Below, piece by piece: positions 38,358 through 48,131 of a stretch of 64,000 bases of DNA. Position numbers and translations under genes: made by a program. A model generated the notes under the pieces. The model saw only the letters and a list, made by a program, of their open reading frames with translations, did not search any database and was not told where the DNA came from. This stretch comes from Bacteroidia bacterium (GTDB lineage Bacteria > Bacteroidota > Bacteroidia > NS11-12g > UBA9320): contig JAOKFZ010000001.1 of assembly GCA_028247315.1 (NCBI GenBank), forward strand, positions 11,248 through 75,247. The letters run 5' to 3'. Positions within the stretch are counted from its first letter, which is position 1. The number at the start of each line of letters is the position of its first letter.

Positions 38358-39656
38358 CTACTGGCCTATCAAAAGTTTACCTGTAGTAATCTGCTCACCA
38401 TCCTGCCTTATCTTGTAAATGTAGGCACCCTGTAGACCAAGAAATCCTATGATTTGCTGATTAGGTACCGCTTCCAAATTCCAAACGAATATTGGCTGAC
38501 CTAAGAGATTATATAGTGTCATATCATATGTCGCATTGGCGTCCACACTGTTTAGATAAATAGTTAATTTGCCTTCCACCACTGGATTTGGGTATACACC
38601 TGTCTCATCTAGAACAGCATCAATAACCTCTGGCAGTGGAATCTGTTCTTCATAAATGCCGCGGCGGAACATCCACATATTTGTACGCATCTGGGCAACT
38701 TGATCATTGGTAAATAAATTTTGACACACCTCATTGGAATAGTCCATGTAGTTCTCTAGCATGTCAGGAAACTGACCCCCTATAATTTCATTACAGGTAT
38801 TTACCCCTTTATTGCAGCCATTGCTCGCTCTTCGGGCAAGTGGAGTGTCATCCATAAAATCGTCTACTGCACAGCCTCCGTCCCCCCATATATGACGGAG
38901 CCCAAGATAATGACCTACCTCGTGCACCATTGTTTTGCTACCCGTAGCTAAACTACTTGGGTTATTCTCTCCCACTACTTTATAATGACAAACTACACCT
39001 TGTCTTTCGGATGAAGCAAATGAATTGTTTCCCGTCCAGTTGGCAGACCCTGTAGGTGGATAAGCGTAACCGAGTAATGCGTCTACCCCACTGATTGATA
39101 AATCACAAATCCAGATATTAAGGTATTTATCTGTATCCCACGGAGCACTGCCTACATTCCCATTTTTCACCAAATCAGCTGCACTCAAACTCGTCGGATT
39201 GCTCCCAAAAGTTCCTCGGAACGTTTCCTTACGTATTATGCCGTTAGATGGATTCCCGTCTGGATCTTGTGTGGCCATTACGAATTCTATTCCTGCGTCT
39301 GCAGCAAAAGGTTTGAATATGTCCCGGGTATTTATCGTATCTGCATTTGTCCTGCGGAACGCATCATTTATTACTCTTAGCTGAGAGTAAACCAAAGAGT
39401 CGTCAATATTTTGCTGAGCATTATTGTACACAATATGAAAGACCACATTGACCTTAAACACAGTATCCTGCCGCTTCTTGGTTTTTATTTTACTCTCCCG
39501 CAGAGCAGTGAAGAACGTATTTTCTGCCATCTCGTTAAAACCGGGATACAGCATTTCTAAATAGGTCAAATAGGCTGTTTGGCCACAAAGGCTCTGTGCC
39601 ATCAAATGACCAGAGTTGCCTAAAGCAATAAAACTGAACAACAATAGGATACGCAT
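38358..39656 (-). CDS. M43 (pappalysin/ulilysin-like) zinc metalloprotease with T9SS C-terminal sorting domain
   Basis: Metzincin motif HEVGHYLGLRHIW, downstream NYMDY (Met-turn region), C-terminal YPNPVVEGKLTIYL...YIYKI. Confidence 0.8.
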   Translation of the reverse strand: MRILLLFSFIALGNSGHLMAQSLCGQTAYLTYLEMLYPGFNEMAENTFFTALRESKIKTKKRQDTVFKVNVVFHIVYNNAQQNIDDSLVYSQLRVINDAFRRTNADTINTRDIFKPFAADAGIEFVMATQDPDGNPSNGIIRKETFRGTFGSNPTSLSAADLVKNGNVGSAPWDTDKYLNIWICDLSISGVDALLGYAYPPTGSANWTGNNSFASSERQGVVCHYKVVGENNPSSLATGSKTMVHEVGHYLGLRHIWGDGGCAVDDFMDDTPLARRASNGCNKGVNTCNEIIGGQFPDMLENYMDYSNEVCQNLFTNDQVAQMRTNMWMFRRGIYEEQIPLPEVIDAVLDETGVYPNPVVEGKLTIYLNSVDANATYDMTLYNLLGQPIFVWNLEAVPNQQIIGFLGLQGAYIYKIRQDGEQITTGKLLIGQ

Positions 39657-39740
39657 AATGATTTTGTCAGTTCAAATATACCCAAAAGAGTACAAAATCA
39701 CTGTCAGATAAGCGCAATACTAAGCTCCTTCAAAAGTAAA

Positions 39741-40520
39741 TCAACTCCCTTTGAATGCAGGTTTGCGTTTTTCGAGGAAAGCAGCAACACCTTCTTGGTA
39801 GTCTGCTGAGCTTCCAGCGATCTGTTGATAGTGAGCTTCATAATCGAGAACTTGGTCCAATGTAGATACTAGTGAATCATTGAGCATCCTCTTCATAGAC
39901 GCTATAGCAAGAGTTGGGGCATTCGCATAGTACTGTGCAACCTTCTCCACTTCTACGTCCAATACAGTAGTATCGACAGCTCTATTTATCATCCCCCATT
40001 CTAGGGCTTTACTGGCACTCACTTTTTTGCCCATGGTAGCCAATTCAAATGCTCTGTTACTTCCTACCAAACGGGGCAAAAAATAAGAAGATCCCGAATC
40101 GAGGACTAAACCGATGCCAACAAATACTTCAACAAAACTGGCTCTTTCGTCTGCTATTATAAAATCACACGCCAAAGCAAGTGAACAACCTGCACCTGCG
40201 GCTACTCCATTGACACGAGCAATGATTGGTTTTGGCATATTTCGCATGGCTCGAATCACAGGGTTGTAACCAGTCTTTAAAAAGTCTGAAAAATCAATGT
40301 CCTTGCCTTCAATGTCTTTTAGATCTTGACCAGAACAGAACGCCTTGCCCTCTCCGCTTAGCACGATTACCCTGCACAGGCTATCGTTTTCTGCTACTTG
40401 CAACGCTGCCAATAAGTCTTGACGCATTTGCTCATTAAACGCATTGTATCTATCTGGTCTATTGAGGCAAATGGTTGTTACCCCATTCTCGTTTCTGTAT
40501 ACTAATGTTTCAAAATTCAT
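39741..40520 (-). CDS. Enoyl-CoA hydratase/isomerase family protein (PaaG-like)
   Basis: Crotonase fold: VIVLSGEGKAFCSGQDL and RVNGVAAGAGCSLALACDFIIA. Confidence 0.8.
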   Translation of the reverse strand: MNFETLVYRNENGVTTICLNRPDRYNAFNEQMRQDLLAALQVAENDSLCRVIVLSGEGKAFCSGQDLKDIEGKDIDFSDFLKTGYNPVIRAMRNMPKPIIARVNGVAAGAGCSLALACDFIIADERASFVEVFVGIGLVLDSGSSYFLPRLVGSNRAFELATMGKKVSASKALEWGMINRAVDTTVLDVEVEKVAQYYANAPTLAIASMKRMLNDSLVSTLDQVLDYEAHYQQIAGSSADYQEGVAAFLEKRKPAFKGS

Positions 40521-40541
40521 GGATAAAACTCTTTAAATATG

Positions 40542-41123
40542 TTAAAAAAACAATACGGGTAGCGATGCAAATGCTCCGGCAGCACCTCCCATTCCTAACT
40601 CAAACCACGTATGTGCATTAGCTGCTTTTCTAATAAGAATCACTGTAACCAGAATACTCAATGGCAGAAACACGATCCTTTCAAATCCTACAGAACTGTA
40701 ATTGTACAACACCATAAGCCCAACCAATGTGAGAAATGTCCACACGGCAGTGTGCCAACTGGCTTTCATCTCTACAAATGCCAGTAAGAGCATAATGATA
40801 TGAAGTAGCATAGCTGCCATAAAGAAACTAACGTACTCTGTCATTATAAATATACTCACGAATATAAACCCAGCATTGATCAGTGAATACGCTCTAAAAA
40901 TAGATCTGCGTTCATCTAAATTCGGCATTGCCAAATTCATCTTACGAATAAATTTAAAATACACCAATGGCAATAATAGATAAACAAAGCCGATCCATAT
41001 CAGACTCAATACAATTGCGTTATGACCGTATTTAGCTACAATGGGTGCATATATTGCCAAACTAAAAATTGGTAAAAATATAGGGTGGGTAAGCACTGAA
41101 ACTGCTTGAAGGACCTTTTTCAT
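40542..41123 (-). CDS. Hypothetical integral membrane protein (193 aa)
   Basis: Six hydrophobic segments. Starts immediately after the rpoN stop with no spacer. Confidence 0.5.
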   Translation of the reverse strand: MKKVLQAVSVLTHPIFLPIFSLAIYAPIVAKYGHNAIVLSLIWIGFVYLLLPLVYFKFIRKMNLAMPNLDERRSIFRAYSLINAGFIFVSIFIMTEYVSFFMAAMLLHIIMLLLAFVEMKASWHTAVWTFLTLVGLMVLYNYSSVGFERIVFLPLSILVTVILIRKAANAHTWFELGMGGAAGAFASLPVLFF

Positions 41124-42572
41124 TTATAATTCTTTTCTGAGACGTGCTACGGGCATATTTAACTGCTCGCGGTATTTGGCAACGGTACGTCGAGCTATCT
41201 TATAACCCTTATCTTGCAAAATAAGTTTGAGTGCTTCATCCGTTAATGGCTTTTTCTTATTTTCTGCATCAATAGCATCATTCAATATTTTTTTCACCTC
41301 ACGGTTGCTTACCTCTTCGCCGCTATCAGTCGTAATACCTTCGGTGAAGAAATCTTTGAGTAAGAAAATTCCAAAATCCGTTTCGACATACTTACTACTC
41401 GCCACCCTGCTAATGGTGGAGATATCCATACCTATTGCCTCAGCAATATCCTTGAGTATCATAGGTCTCAAATCTGACAAGTCACCCGTCATAAAAAACT
41501 CATGCTGAATCTCTACGATTTTTCGCATAGTAACAAGCAGCGTATTCTGCCGTTGCTTTACCGAATCTATAAACCACTTGGCTCCATCCAGTTTTTGCTT
41601 TATATATTGTACAGCGTCTTTCTGTTGCTTCGTCTTTTCTTTACTTACCTCGTAGCTTTTGAGTGTCTCATTATACGCTCTACTCACTTTTAATTCTGGG
41701 GCATTCTTCTGATTGAGTGACACCTCTAGATCCCCGTAGGATTCTTTGACTATAAAATCGGGTATTATAAAATCTTTAGCTGTAGCTCCTTCTGAATCAC
41801 TTTGAGCAGGCTTAGGATTTAGGCTAGCAATAAACCCCAATGTCTCACGCAAGTAATCCTCAGACACATCAAATTTTTTAATGATTCGCGTATAGTGCTT
41901 TTTAGAGAAATCTTCCATCATTTCATCCAAAATTCTGTAAGCCAGCTTGTACACTGGATTATTTCCTACTTCTTGTTTGCGTTTTATCTGCAACAGCAAG
42001 CACTCTTTCAAATCTCTAGCACCCACTCCCGCGGGGTCTAACTGCTGTATATATCCTAAAATCTGCTCCAAATTTTCTTCGGTCGTTCTTATGTTTTGAG
42101 TGAAGAGCAAGTCATTTTTAATAGCCGATAAGGATCTACGCAAGTAACCATCATCATCTAAAGTCCCAATGATTTGTTGTGCGAGTAATTCGTCCTGATC
42201 TGTTTTGAGAGCTCCTGTTACTTGCTCCAAAAGCCTTTCTCTGAAAGAAGAATAAAAGACCACAGGCATAAATTCTTTTTCCTCATCTGCACCTTGATAT
42301 TCACCACTCATAAGAATACCTCCATCGTCGTCATTCATATAGTCTGATACGTCAAATTCTTCCTCCTTGGAGCTGTAGTCTAGGTCATCTGCCTCTTCAT
42401 AACTAGATTCTTCCTCTTCATCCTTGCCATTCTCTAATGCAGGATTATCCAGTAATTCTTCCTCCACTCTTTCTTCAAAATTGAGCGTATTAAGTTGCAA
42501 CAATTTAATAAATTGGATCTGTTGCGGACTGAGTTTTTGTAGTAGCTTTTGACTTAGATGCTGTTTTAACAT
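41124..42572 (-). CDS. rpoN: RNA polymerase sigma-54 factor
   Basis: From the ATG at 42572: MLKQHLSQKLLQKLSPQQIQ (region I), an acidic region II, and the C-terminal RpoN box ARRTVAKYREQL. Confidence 0.9.
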   Translation of the reverse strand: MLKQHLSQKLLQKLSPQQIQFIKLLQLNTLNFEERVEEELLDNPALENGKDEEEESSYEEADDLDYSSKEEEFDVSDYMNDDDGGILMSGEYQGADEEKEFMPVVFYSSFRERLLEQVTGALKTDQDELLAQQIIGTLDDDGYLRRSLSAIKNDLLFTQNIRTTEENLEQILGYIQQLDPAGVGARDLKECLLLQIKRKQEVGNNPVYKLAYRILDEMMEDFSKKHYTRIIKKFDVSEDYLRETLGFIASLNPKPAQSDSEGATAKDFIIPDFIVKESYGDLEVSLNQKNAPELKVSRAYNETLKSYEVSKEKTKQQKDAVQYIKQKLDGAKWFIDSVKQRQNTLLVTMRKIVEIQHEFFMTGDLSDLRPMILKDIAEAIGMDISTISRVASSKYVETDFGIFLLKDFFTEGITTDSGEEVSNREVKKILNDAIDAENKKKPLTDEALKLILQDKGYKIARRTVAKYREQLNMPVARLRKEL

Positions 42573-42601
42573 ATCAGTATAGAAAAGTAGCATTAAGCGT
42601 T

Positions 42602-42609
42602 TACTTTTG
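42602..42609 (+). promoter_or_regulatory. Candidate -7 box (TACTTTTG) upstream of asnS
   Basis: TAnnTTTG match 38 nt upstream of the asnS ATG. Confidence 0.35.
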
Positions 42610-42616
42610 TACTCGA

Positions 42617-42624
42617 CAAAAATA
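42617..42624 (-). promoter_or_regulatory. Candidate -7 box (TATTTTTG) upstream of rpoN
   Basis: The minus strand reads TATTTTTG 45 nt upstream of the rpoN ATG, back to back with the asnS box. Confidence 0.35.
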
Positions 42625-42647
42625 GGAAGATTTACACAAGCAGCAAA

Positions 42648-44162
42648 ATGCATACCAAACAACTAGATCAATATGTAGGACAGGTAGTTACACTCAAAGG
42701 GTGGGTAGCTAATAAACGAGAAAGCAAAACGGTTGTATTTATCAATTTACGCGATGGTCATGGACTGTGTCAATGCATTCTTGGAATAGATGATTTAGGT
42801 GAAGAATTATTTGTAGAAGCTAAGTCTTTAGGCCAAGAGAGCTCTATAGCTGTAACTGGAACTGTAGTAGTGGATGAACGCCAAATAGGCGGATACGAAC
42901 TACACACTACTGATCTTAAAATATACCAAAACGCGAAGGACTACCCTATCTCCAATAAAGAGCATGGCGTAGAATTTTTAGTAGATAATCGTCACCTCTG
43001 GCTTCGTAGCAGAAGACAATGGGCTATAATGAAAGTACGTAATAGCGTCATTTATGCCATACACAATTTCTTTCAGAGTGAAGACTTCGTACAGATGGAC
43101 GCTCCCATCTTTACAGGCAATGCCGCCGAGGGAACGACAGATTTATTTGAAACGGATTACTATGGCAAACCCGCATACCTTACTCAAAGCGGCCAACTCT
43201 ACGGCGAGGCTATGGCAATGGCTATGGGTAAGATATACACCTTTGGTCCTACCTTTAGAGCAGAGAAAAGCAAAACGAGACGTCACTTGTCAGAATTTTG
43301 GATGATAGAGCCTGAGATGGCCTTTTGTGACATCTTTGAGAATATGGACACCATCGAAAACTTTCTGCGTGCAGTCGTACTTGAAGTTATTGAGAAGTGC
43401 CCTGAAGAGCTAGAAATATTGGGTAGAGACATCAGTAAGCTGGAAACAGTAGCGAAACCTTTTCCAAGGATGAGCTACGATGAGGCTGTAGAAATACTAA
43501 AAGGCAACAAAGAAGTAAACGGGCAAAACTCGCTTACAGTAATACAAGCAGACTTAGATACGGTTATAGCTCGTCAAGCGGAATGCGAAGCAGAAATAGC
43601 TGAACGTGAAGCTACCATAGCTGCTGGAGGTATCAAAAAAGGGGTAATCAACTTCAACCAAAACAAGATAGATGGACTAAAGGCGGAAGTAAAGCAACTG
43701 GAAGAAGATCAACGAAATCTTCCACAGTGGCTCGCTTCTGCTCGTGACTTTACCTACGGTCAAGACTTTGGCGGCAGTGACGAAACCGTACTTACTCGCC
43801 TGTTTGATAACCCTATCATGGTATACGACTGGCCACATGAGATAAAAGCATTCTATATGAAGCGTAATCCTGAAGACCCTCGTTTTGCAAGAGGGGTAGA
43901 CGTACTAGCACCCGAAGGATATGGAGAGATCGTAGGTGGTGGAGAGCGTGAAACAAGTGAAGAATGGCTTGTAGAAAAGATACAAGAACACAAATTACCT
44001 ATGGACGTATTCCAATGGTACCTCGACCTAAGGAGATATGGAAGTGTACCTCACTCTGGTTTTGGACTTGGGCTTGAACGACTCGTTGCTTGGGTTTGTA
44101 AACTGGACCACGTACGTGAAACGATACCCTTCCCAAGATACTACGGAAGGTTGGAGCCATAG
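42648..44162 (+). CDS. asnS: Asparagine--tRNA ligase
   Basis: Class IIb motifs: OB fold VTLKGWV, FRAEKSKTRRHLSEFWMIEPE, EIVGGGERE and GFGLGLERL. Confidence 0.95.
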   Translation: MHTKQLDQYVGQVVTLKGWVANKRESKTVVFINLRDGHGLCQCILGIDDLGEELFVEAKSLGQESSIAVTGTVVVDERQIGGYELHTTDLKIYQNAKDYPISNKEHGVEFLVDNRHLWLRSRRQWAIMKVRNSVIYAIHNFFQSEDFVQMDAPIFTGNAAEGTTDLFETDYYGKPAYLTQSGQLYGEAMAMAMGKIYTFGPTFRAEKSKTRRHLSEFWMIEPEMAFCDIFENMDTIENFLRAVVLEVIEKCPEELEILGRDISKLETVAKPFPRMSYDEAVEILKGNKEVNGQNSLTVIQADLDTVIARQAECEAEIAEREATIAAGGIKKGVINFNQNKIDGLKAEVKQLEEDQRNLPQWLASARDFTYGQDFGGSDETVLTRLFDNPIMVYDWPHEIKAFYMKRNPEDPRFARGVDVLAPEGYGEIVGGGERETSEEWLVEKIQEHKLPMDVFQWYLDLRRYGSVPHSGFGLGLERLVAWVCKLDHVRETIPFPRYYGRLEP

Positions 44163-44514
44163 GGATTTTGATTTCTCAATTCTATCGCGACGTAGCATTT
44201 GGGTTGAGTTTTAATAATAACCATTCGTACCGTACCATCTTGCATTTTGTAAGGGACACGTAATTATTATTCACCATCGGTATGTGACGAAGATACCAAT
44301 AATGATAGCTTGATAAATCACAAAGACCTCAGAAGATTTTATCACTTTGACCTAGAAGGAACGGATATAGCGTCTCTCATACCAAAAGACTACGGTGTGC
44401 TTAGTTCTGAATACGATTATCAAAATGATCACTTGCACGTGCGTGCCAAACTAGATAAAAACAAGAATGGTCGAATGGATGAAGATTGAGCTATCCACCT
44501 ATTTGGGATAGACT

Positions 44515-44535
44515 TAAAAAAGCCCGAAGCGGGGG
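44515..44535 (-). terminator. Rho-independent terminator candidate after folA
   Basis: The minus strand reads CCCG-CTT-CGGG followed by CTTTTTT, 11 nt past the folA stop. The stem is short (4 GC pairs). Confidence 0.45.
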
Positions 44536-44545
44536 TTATATTTTA

Positions 44546-45043
44546 TTAACCTCTCGCCCACACACAAAAATCAAAGGCATACTCATTTGCCTCACTCTTT
44601 TCATATTTATCGCATTTTACTTGTCTCCATCCAGACAAATCAGGCTCTGGGAAATGAGCGTCTGCATCTGTAAATGAAGCATCTACTTCGCTGAGATACA
44701 TTCTATCTACCACGTCTAGCGATTGTCGATATATCTCCGCCCCTCCGAGGATGAAAACCTCATCATTCATCTCTAGTTTTTTGCCGAGTTCTAGGGCCTC
44801 TGTAAGCGAGTTAGTCACAAAAGCACCATCAGCCTTATACTCCGTGTTACGCGTAATAATGATGTTGCTCCTATTGGGCAATGGAAAACCGATACTCTCA
44901 AAACTCTTGCGACCATGAATGACTACATGACCAGCAGTAGTTCGTTTGAAGAGACGCAAATCATCCTTTATTTTCCATAGCAAATCATTATCCTTACCTA
45001 TGGCATTGTCTTTGGCTCGAGCTACTATGAGAGATATCTTCAT
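44546..45043 (-). CDS. folA: Dihydrofolate reductase
   Basis: From the ATG at 45043: MKISLIVARAKDNAIGKDNDLLW, RLFKRTTAGHVVIHGRKSFESIG and FILGGAEIY. Confidence 0.9.
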   Translation of the reverse strand: MKISLIVARAKDNAIGKDNDLLWKIKDDLRLFKRTTAGHVVIHGRKSFESIGFPLPNRSNIIITRNTEYKADGAFVTNSLTEALELGKKLEMNDEVFILGGAEIYRQSLDVVDRMYLSEVDASFTDADAHFPEPDLSGWRQVKCDKYEKSEANEYAFDFCVWARG

Positions 45044-45085
45044 TATAGGTACAAAGTAAAGGGAAGTTTTATTTTCGTCCCAGCA

Positions 45086-45706
45086 TTGAAACAAGAAATC
45101 AAAATTAATCAAGCAGCATCTTATTACAAAGAGGGCGACGGCACTAAACTACTCTACGTACTTCACGGCTATGGGCAGTTAGCAAAGTACTTTATACGAA
45201 AATTTGTGCCAGCTACACAACAAGGCTACACCGTAATAGCCCCAGAAGGGCAACATCACTTTTACCTTCAAGGCACATCAGGCAGAGTAGGTGCGAGCTG
45301 GATGACCAAAGAAAATAGAAAGCAGGATATGGTTAACTACATCGCCTACTTAGATGCCATACATGCAGACCTTACTGCCAAAAAAGAATGGGATGAAATC
45401 GTTGTGTTGGGCTTTAGCCAAGGCGTAGCAGCGGCTTTCCGGTGGATCGCAGAGAGCAATATTAAACCCAGCAAGTTCCTCATATGCAGCGGACTCGTAC
45501 CGCCAGATGTGGATTTAAATATTAAGAAAGCCCTTTTTGATCCCATACAAATGACCTACTTCTCTGGTGTAAATGATCCGTACAGGACAGAAGATGCTGT
45601 ACAAGAATTTTATACTGCTGTAGCTAGTTGTAAACTAGATATGGAGCTCGTAAACTTTGATGGTGTGCACGAGGTATCTGTAGAGGACGTGTTTGAGCGG
45701 TTATAG
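45086..45706 (+). CDS. Alpha/beta-hydrolase (phospholipase/carboxylesterase family), TTG start
   Basis: LLYVLHGYGQ and nucleophile elbow VVLGFSQGVAAA. No in-frame ATG near the N-terminus. Confidence 0.6.
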   Translation: MKQEIKINQAASYYKEGDGTKLLYVLHGYGQLAKYFIRKFVPATQQGYTVIAPEGQHHFYLQGTSGRVGASWMTKENRKQDMVNYIAYLDAIHADLTAKKEWDEIVVLGFSQGVAAAFRWIAESNIKPSKFLICSGLVPPDVDLNIKKALFDPIQMTYFSGVNDPYRTEDAVQEFYTAVASCKLDMELVNFDGVHEVSVEDVFERL

Positions 45707-45827
45707 TTGTGAAATATCCGCTACTTGTTGTAAGTGGACGTAAAATTACCTTGTACCTATCTCGCCATCATCTATAATTTTCACAAAGCAAGTCGCAATA
45801 CGCTCATCTCAATGCCCCAGTACTATT

Positions 45828-46676
45828 CTAAAACTCTTTCAAACTCAGATCGAGGCTCTTAACTGAATGCGTCAACGCACCTACAGATATATAATCAACG
45901 CCTGTTTCTGCGTAGATACGAATGGTATCTCCTGTGATGCCACCACTAGCTTCCGTCTCGCATTGACCATTTACCAGTTTCACTCCTTCTACCATTAATT
46001 CTGGACTAAAATTATCAAACATTATCCTATCTACCAATCCAGTAGCTAACGCTTCCCGCACTTCATTTAGATCTCTTGTTTCTACTTCAATTTTCAGGTC
46101 TTTGTCTTTCGATTTTAGGTATTCTTTGGTACGTGTAACACCTCTTGTTATTCCGCCAGCATAGTCATTATGGTTATCTTTCAGCATCACCATGTCCCAT
46201 AAAGCAAAACGGTGATTTACACCTCCACCCACCTTTACAGCATACTTTTCAAAGGTCCTCAACCCAGGAGTAGTTTTTCGTGTATCCAGCAGCTTTGCAT
46301 TGGTACCCTCTATCTCTTTTACCAACCTATTGGTAACTGTAGCAATGCCACTCATACGTTGCATAAAATTGAGCATAAGTCGTTCCGCTTGCAGAATACT
46401 GTGCACACTTCCCTTCACCGTAAAAGCTATGTCTCCAGACTTTACTTCGGTGCCTTCTTCTACAAGTTGGTCAAAAATCACATCTGTATCTATACGCTCC
46501 AAAATATGGCGAGCAAGAGAAATACCGCATAGGATTCCATCGTCTTTCACCAACAAATGAGCCTGACCTTGAGTACTCGCAGGGATAGAACCACGACTAC
46601 TGTGGTCCCCGTCACCTATATCCTCTGCTATGGCTAGATCTATGAGTTGCTTAACGAACGTGTTGTTGAAATCCAT
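45828..46676 (-). CDS. nadC: Nicotinate-nucleotide diphosphorylase (carboxylating)
   Basis: LLDTRKTTPGLR, HRFALWDMVMLKDNH, and the TIM-barrel C-terminus ETEASGGIT. Confidence 0.9.
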   Translation of the reverse strand: MDFNNTFVKQLIDLAIAEDIGDGDHSSRGSIPASTQGQAHLLVKDDGILCGISLARHILERIDTDVIFDQLVEEGTEVKSGDIAFTVKGSVHSILQAERLMLNFMQRMSGIATVTNRLVKEIEGTNAKLLDTRKTTPGLRTFEKYAVKVGGGVNHRFALWDMVMLKDNHNDYAGGITRGVTRTKEYLKSKDKDLKIEVETRDLNEVREALATGLVDRIMFDNFSPELMVEGVKLVNGQCETEASGGITGDTIRIYAETGVDYISVGALTHSVKSLDLSLKEF

Positions 46677-46696
46677 AGTTCAAATTTAAGGATTGA

Positions 46697-47365
46697 ATGG
46701 GTTATTTTCGAAGCGTGGTACACATACTTTCCAACGAGTTTTCTCTGGTAAACGAATTCATTCATGAACTAAGAGACAAAGACATACAGCAAGACCGTGC
46801 TCGTTTTCGTAAAAACATAGAACGCATAGGGCAGATAGCCGCTTATGAAATAAGCAAGGAGATGGATTCTGACATTCACTTCACAACAACACCACTGGGC
46901 ATAGCTCAAGTGAAAAAAATGAAAGAGCAGCCTATCATAGCTACAATCCTAAGAGCAGGACTCCCACTGCAACGAGGACTCAATGATATGTTTGATCAAG
47001 CAGACTTAGCCTATATCTCTGCATACAGAAAGCATAAAGATGAGGACAATACGGCTTTTGAAATAGTATTGGAGTATGTAGCTACCCCAGATATCAATGA
47101 TAGAATACTCTTCATCTGCGATCCTATGCTCGCTACAGGTCAAAGTCTAGTGCAGACCTACGAAGCTTTTATGGCCAAAGGAAAACCAAGCAAAGTGTAC
47201 TTGATAAGTGTAATTGGTAGTCAGGAAGGGGTAGACTATGTTACCGCCAAGATTCCAAATGCCGATCTTTGGATAGGGGTAATAGATGAAAAACTGGATA
47301 AAAACGGGTACATCGTACCTGGACTGGGAGATGCAGGTGATTTAAGTTTTGGGACTAAATTGTAA
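46697..47365 (+). CDS. upp: Uracil phosphoribosyltransferase
   Basis: PRPP-binding loop LFICDPMLATGQS, C-terminal YIVPGLGDAGD. Confidence 0.9.
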   Translation: MGYFRSVVHILSNEFSLVNEFIHELRDKDIQQDRARFRKNIERIGQIAAYEISKEMDSDIHFTTTPLGIAQVKKMKEQPIIATILRAGLPLQRGLNDMFDQADLAYISAYRKHKDEDNTAFEIVLEYVATPDINDRILFICDPMLATGQSLVQTYEAFMAKGKPSKVYLISVIGSQEGVDYVTAKIPNADLWIGVIDEKLDKNGYIVPGLGDAGDLSFGTKL

Positions 47366-47401
47366 AAAACACCACGGATACTATTAAAGTAATAAACATA
47401 C

Positions 47402-48091
47402 ATGCCAAAAAATATATTCTTTGACCTAGACCATACCTTGTGGGATTTTGATGCCAACGCAGAAGAGACCCTTCGGGAACTGTATCAGATATACCAAATA
47501 CGATACCTTTCACATCGTAGTGAGCAAGATTTCTTAGATATCTACGTAAAAAATAACTCAGAAATGTGGAAACTTTATCGCAAGAATCAAGTCACCAAGG
47601 AAGTTCTCCGCAGCAAGCGTTTTGTAGATACGTTTAGAGAGATGGGAGTAGACGAAGAAGATATACCAATGAATATCTGGGAGAAATATCTTGAGATATG
47701 CCCTACTAAAACTATTCTCATAGATGGTGCTCGTGATCTGCTCGACTACTTAGCTGGCAAATACAACTTACACCTCATCACCAATGGTTTTGCAGAAGTA
47801 CAACGCCGCAAGTTAAAAAACTCAGACTTGGGCAAGTACTTCAAAACACTTACTATATCTGAAGAAGTAGGCAAGCAAAAACCACATCCTCTCGTTTTTG
47901 AAACTGCACTAAAAAACGCAGCGGCCACCGAAAAAACAAGTCACTACGTAGGAGATAATTTAGAAGCAGATATAAAAGGTGCTATTAGCAGTGGATGGAA
48001 AGCATACTGGTATACAAAGGATGACTCTGCATACTCACACAAGGATTGTACAGCCATTAAGCATCTGAAGGAGTTGAAGGAAATTTTCTAA
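47402..48091 (+). CDS. HAD-superfamily hydrolase (YjjG-like nucleotidase subfamily)
   Basis: Motif I FFDLDHTLWDF, motif II LITNG, motif III/IV GKQKPHP...YVGDNLEADIKGA. Confidence 0.75.
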   Translation: MPKNIFFDLDHTLWDFDANAEETLRELYQIYQIRYLSHRSEQDFLDIYVKNNSEMWKLYRKNQVTKEVLRSKRFVDTFREMGVDEEDIPMNIWEKYLEICPTKTILIDGARDLLDYLAGKYNLHLITNGFAEVQRRKLKNSDLGKYFKTLTISEEVGKQKPHPLVFETALKNAAATEKTSHYVGDNLEADIKGAISSGWKAYWYTKDDSAYSHKDCTAIKHLKELKEIF

Positions 48092-48131
48092 ACCCAGATA
48101 CTACGCTGTGGCTGTCACCTTTGTATTTAGC

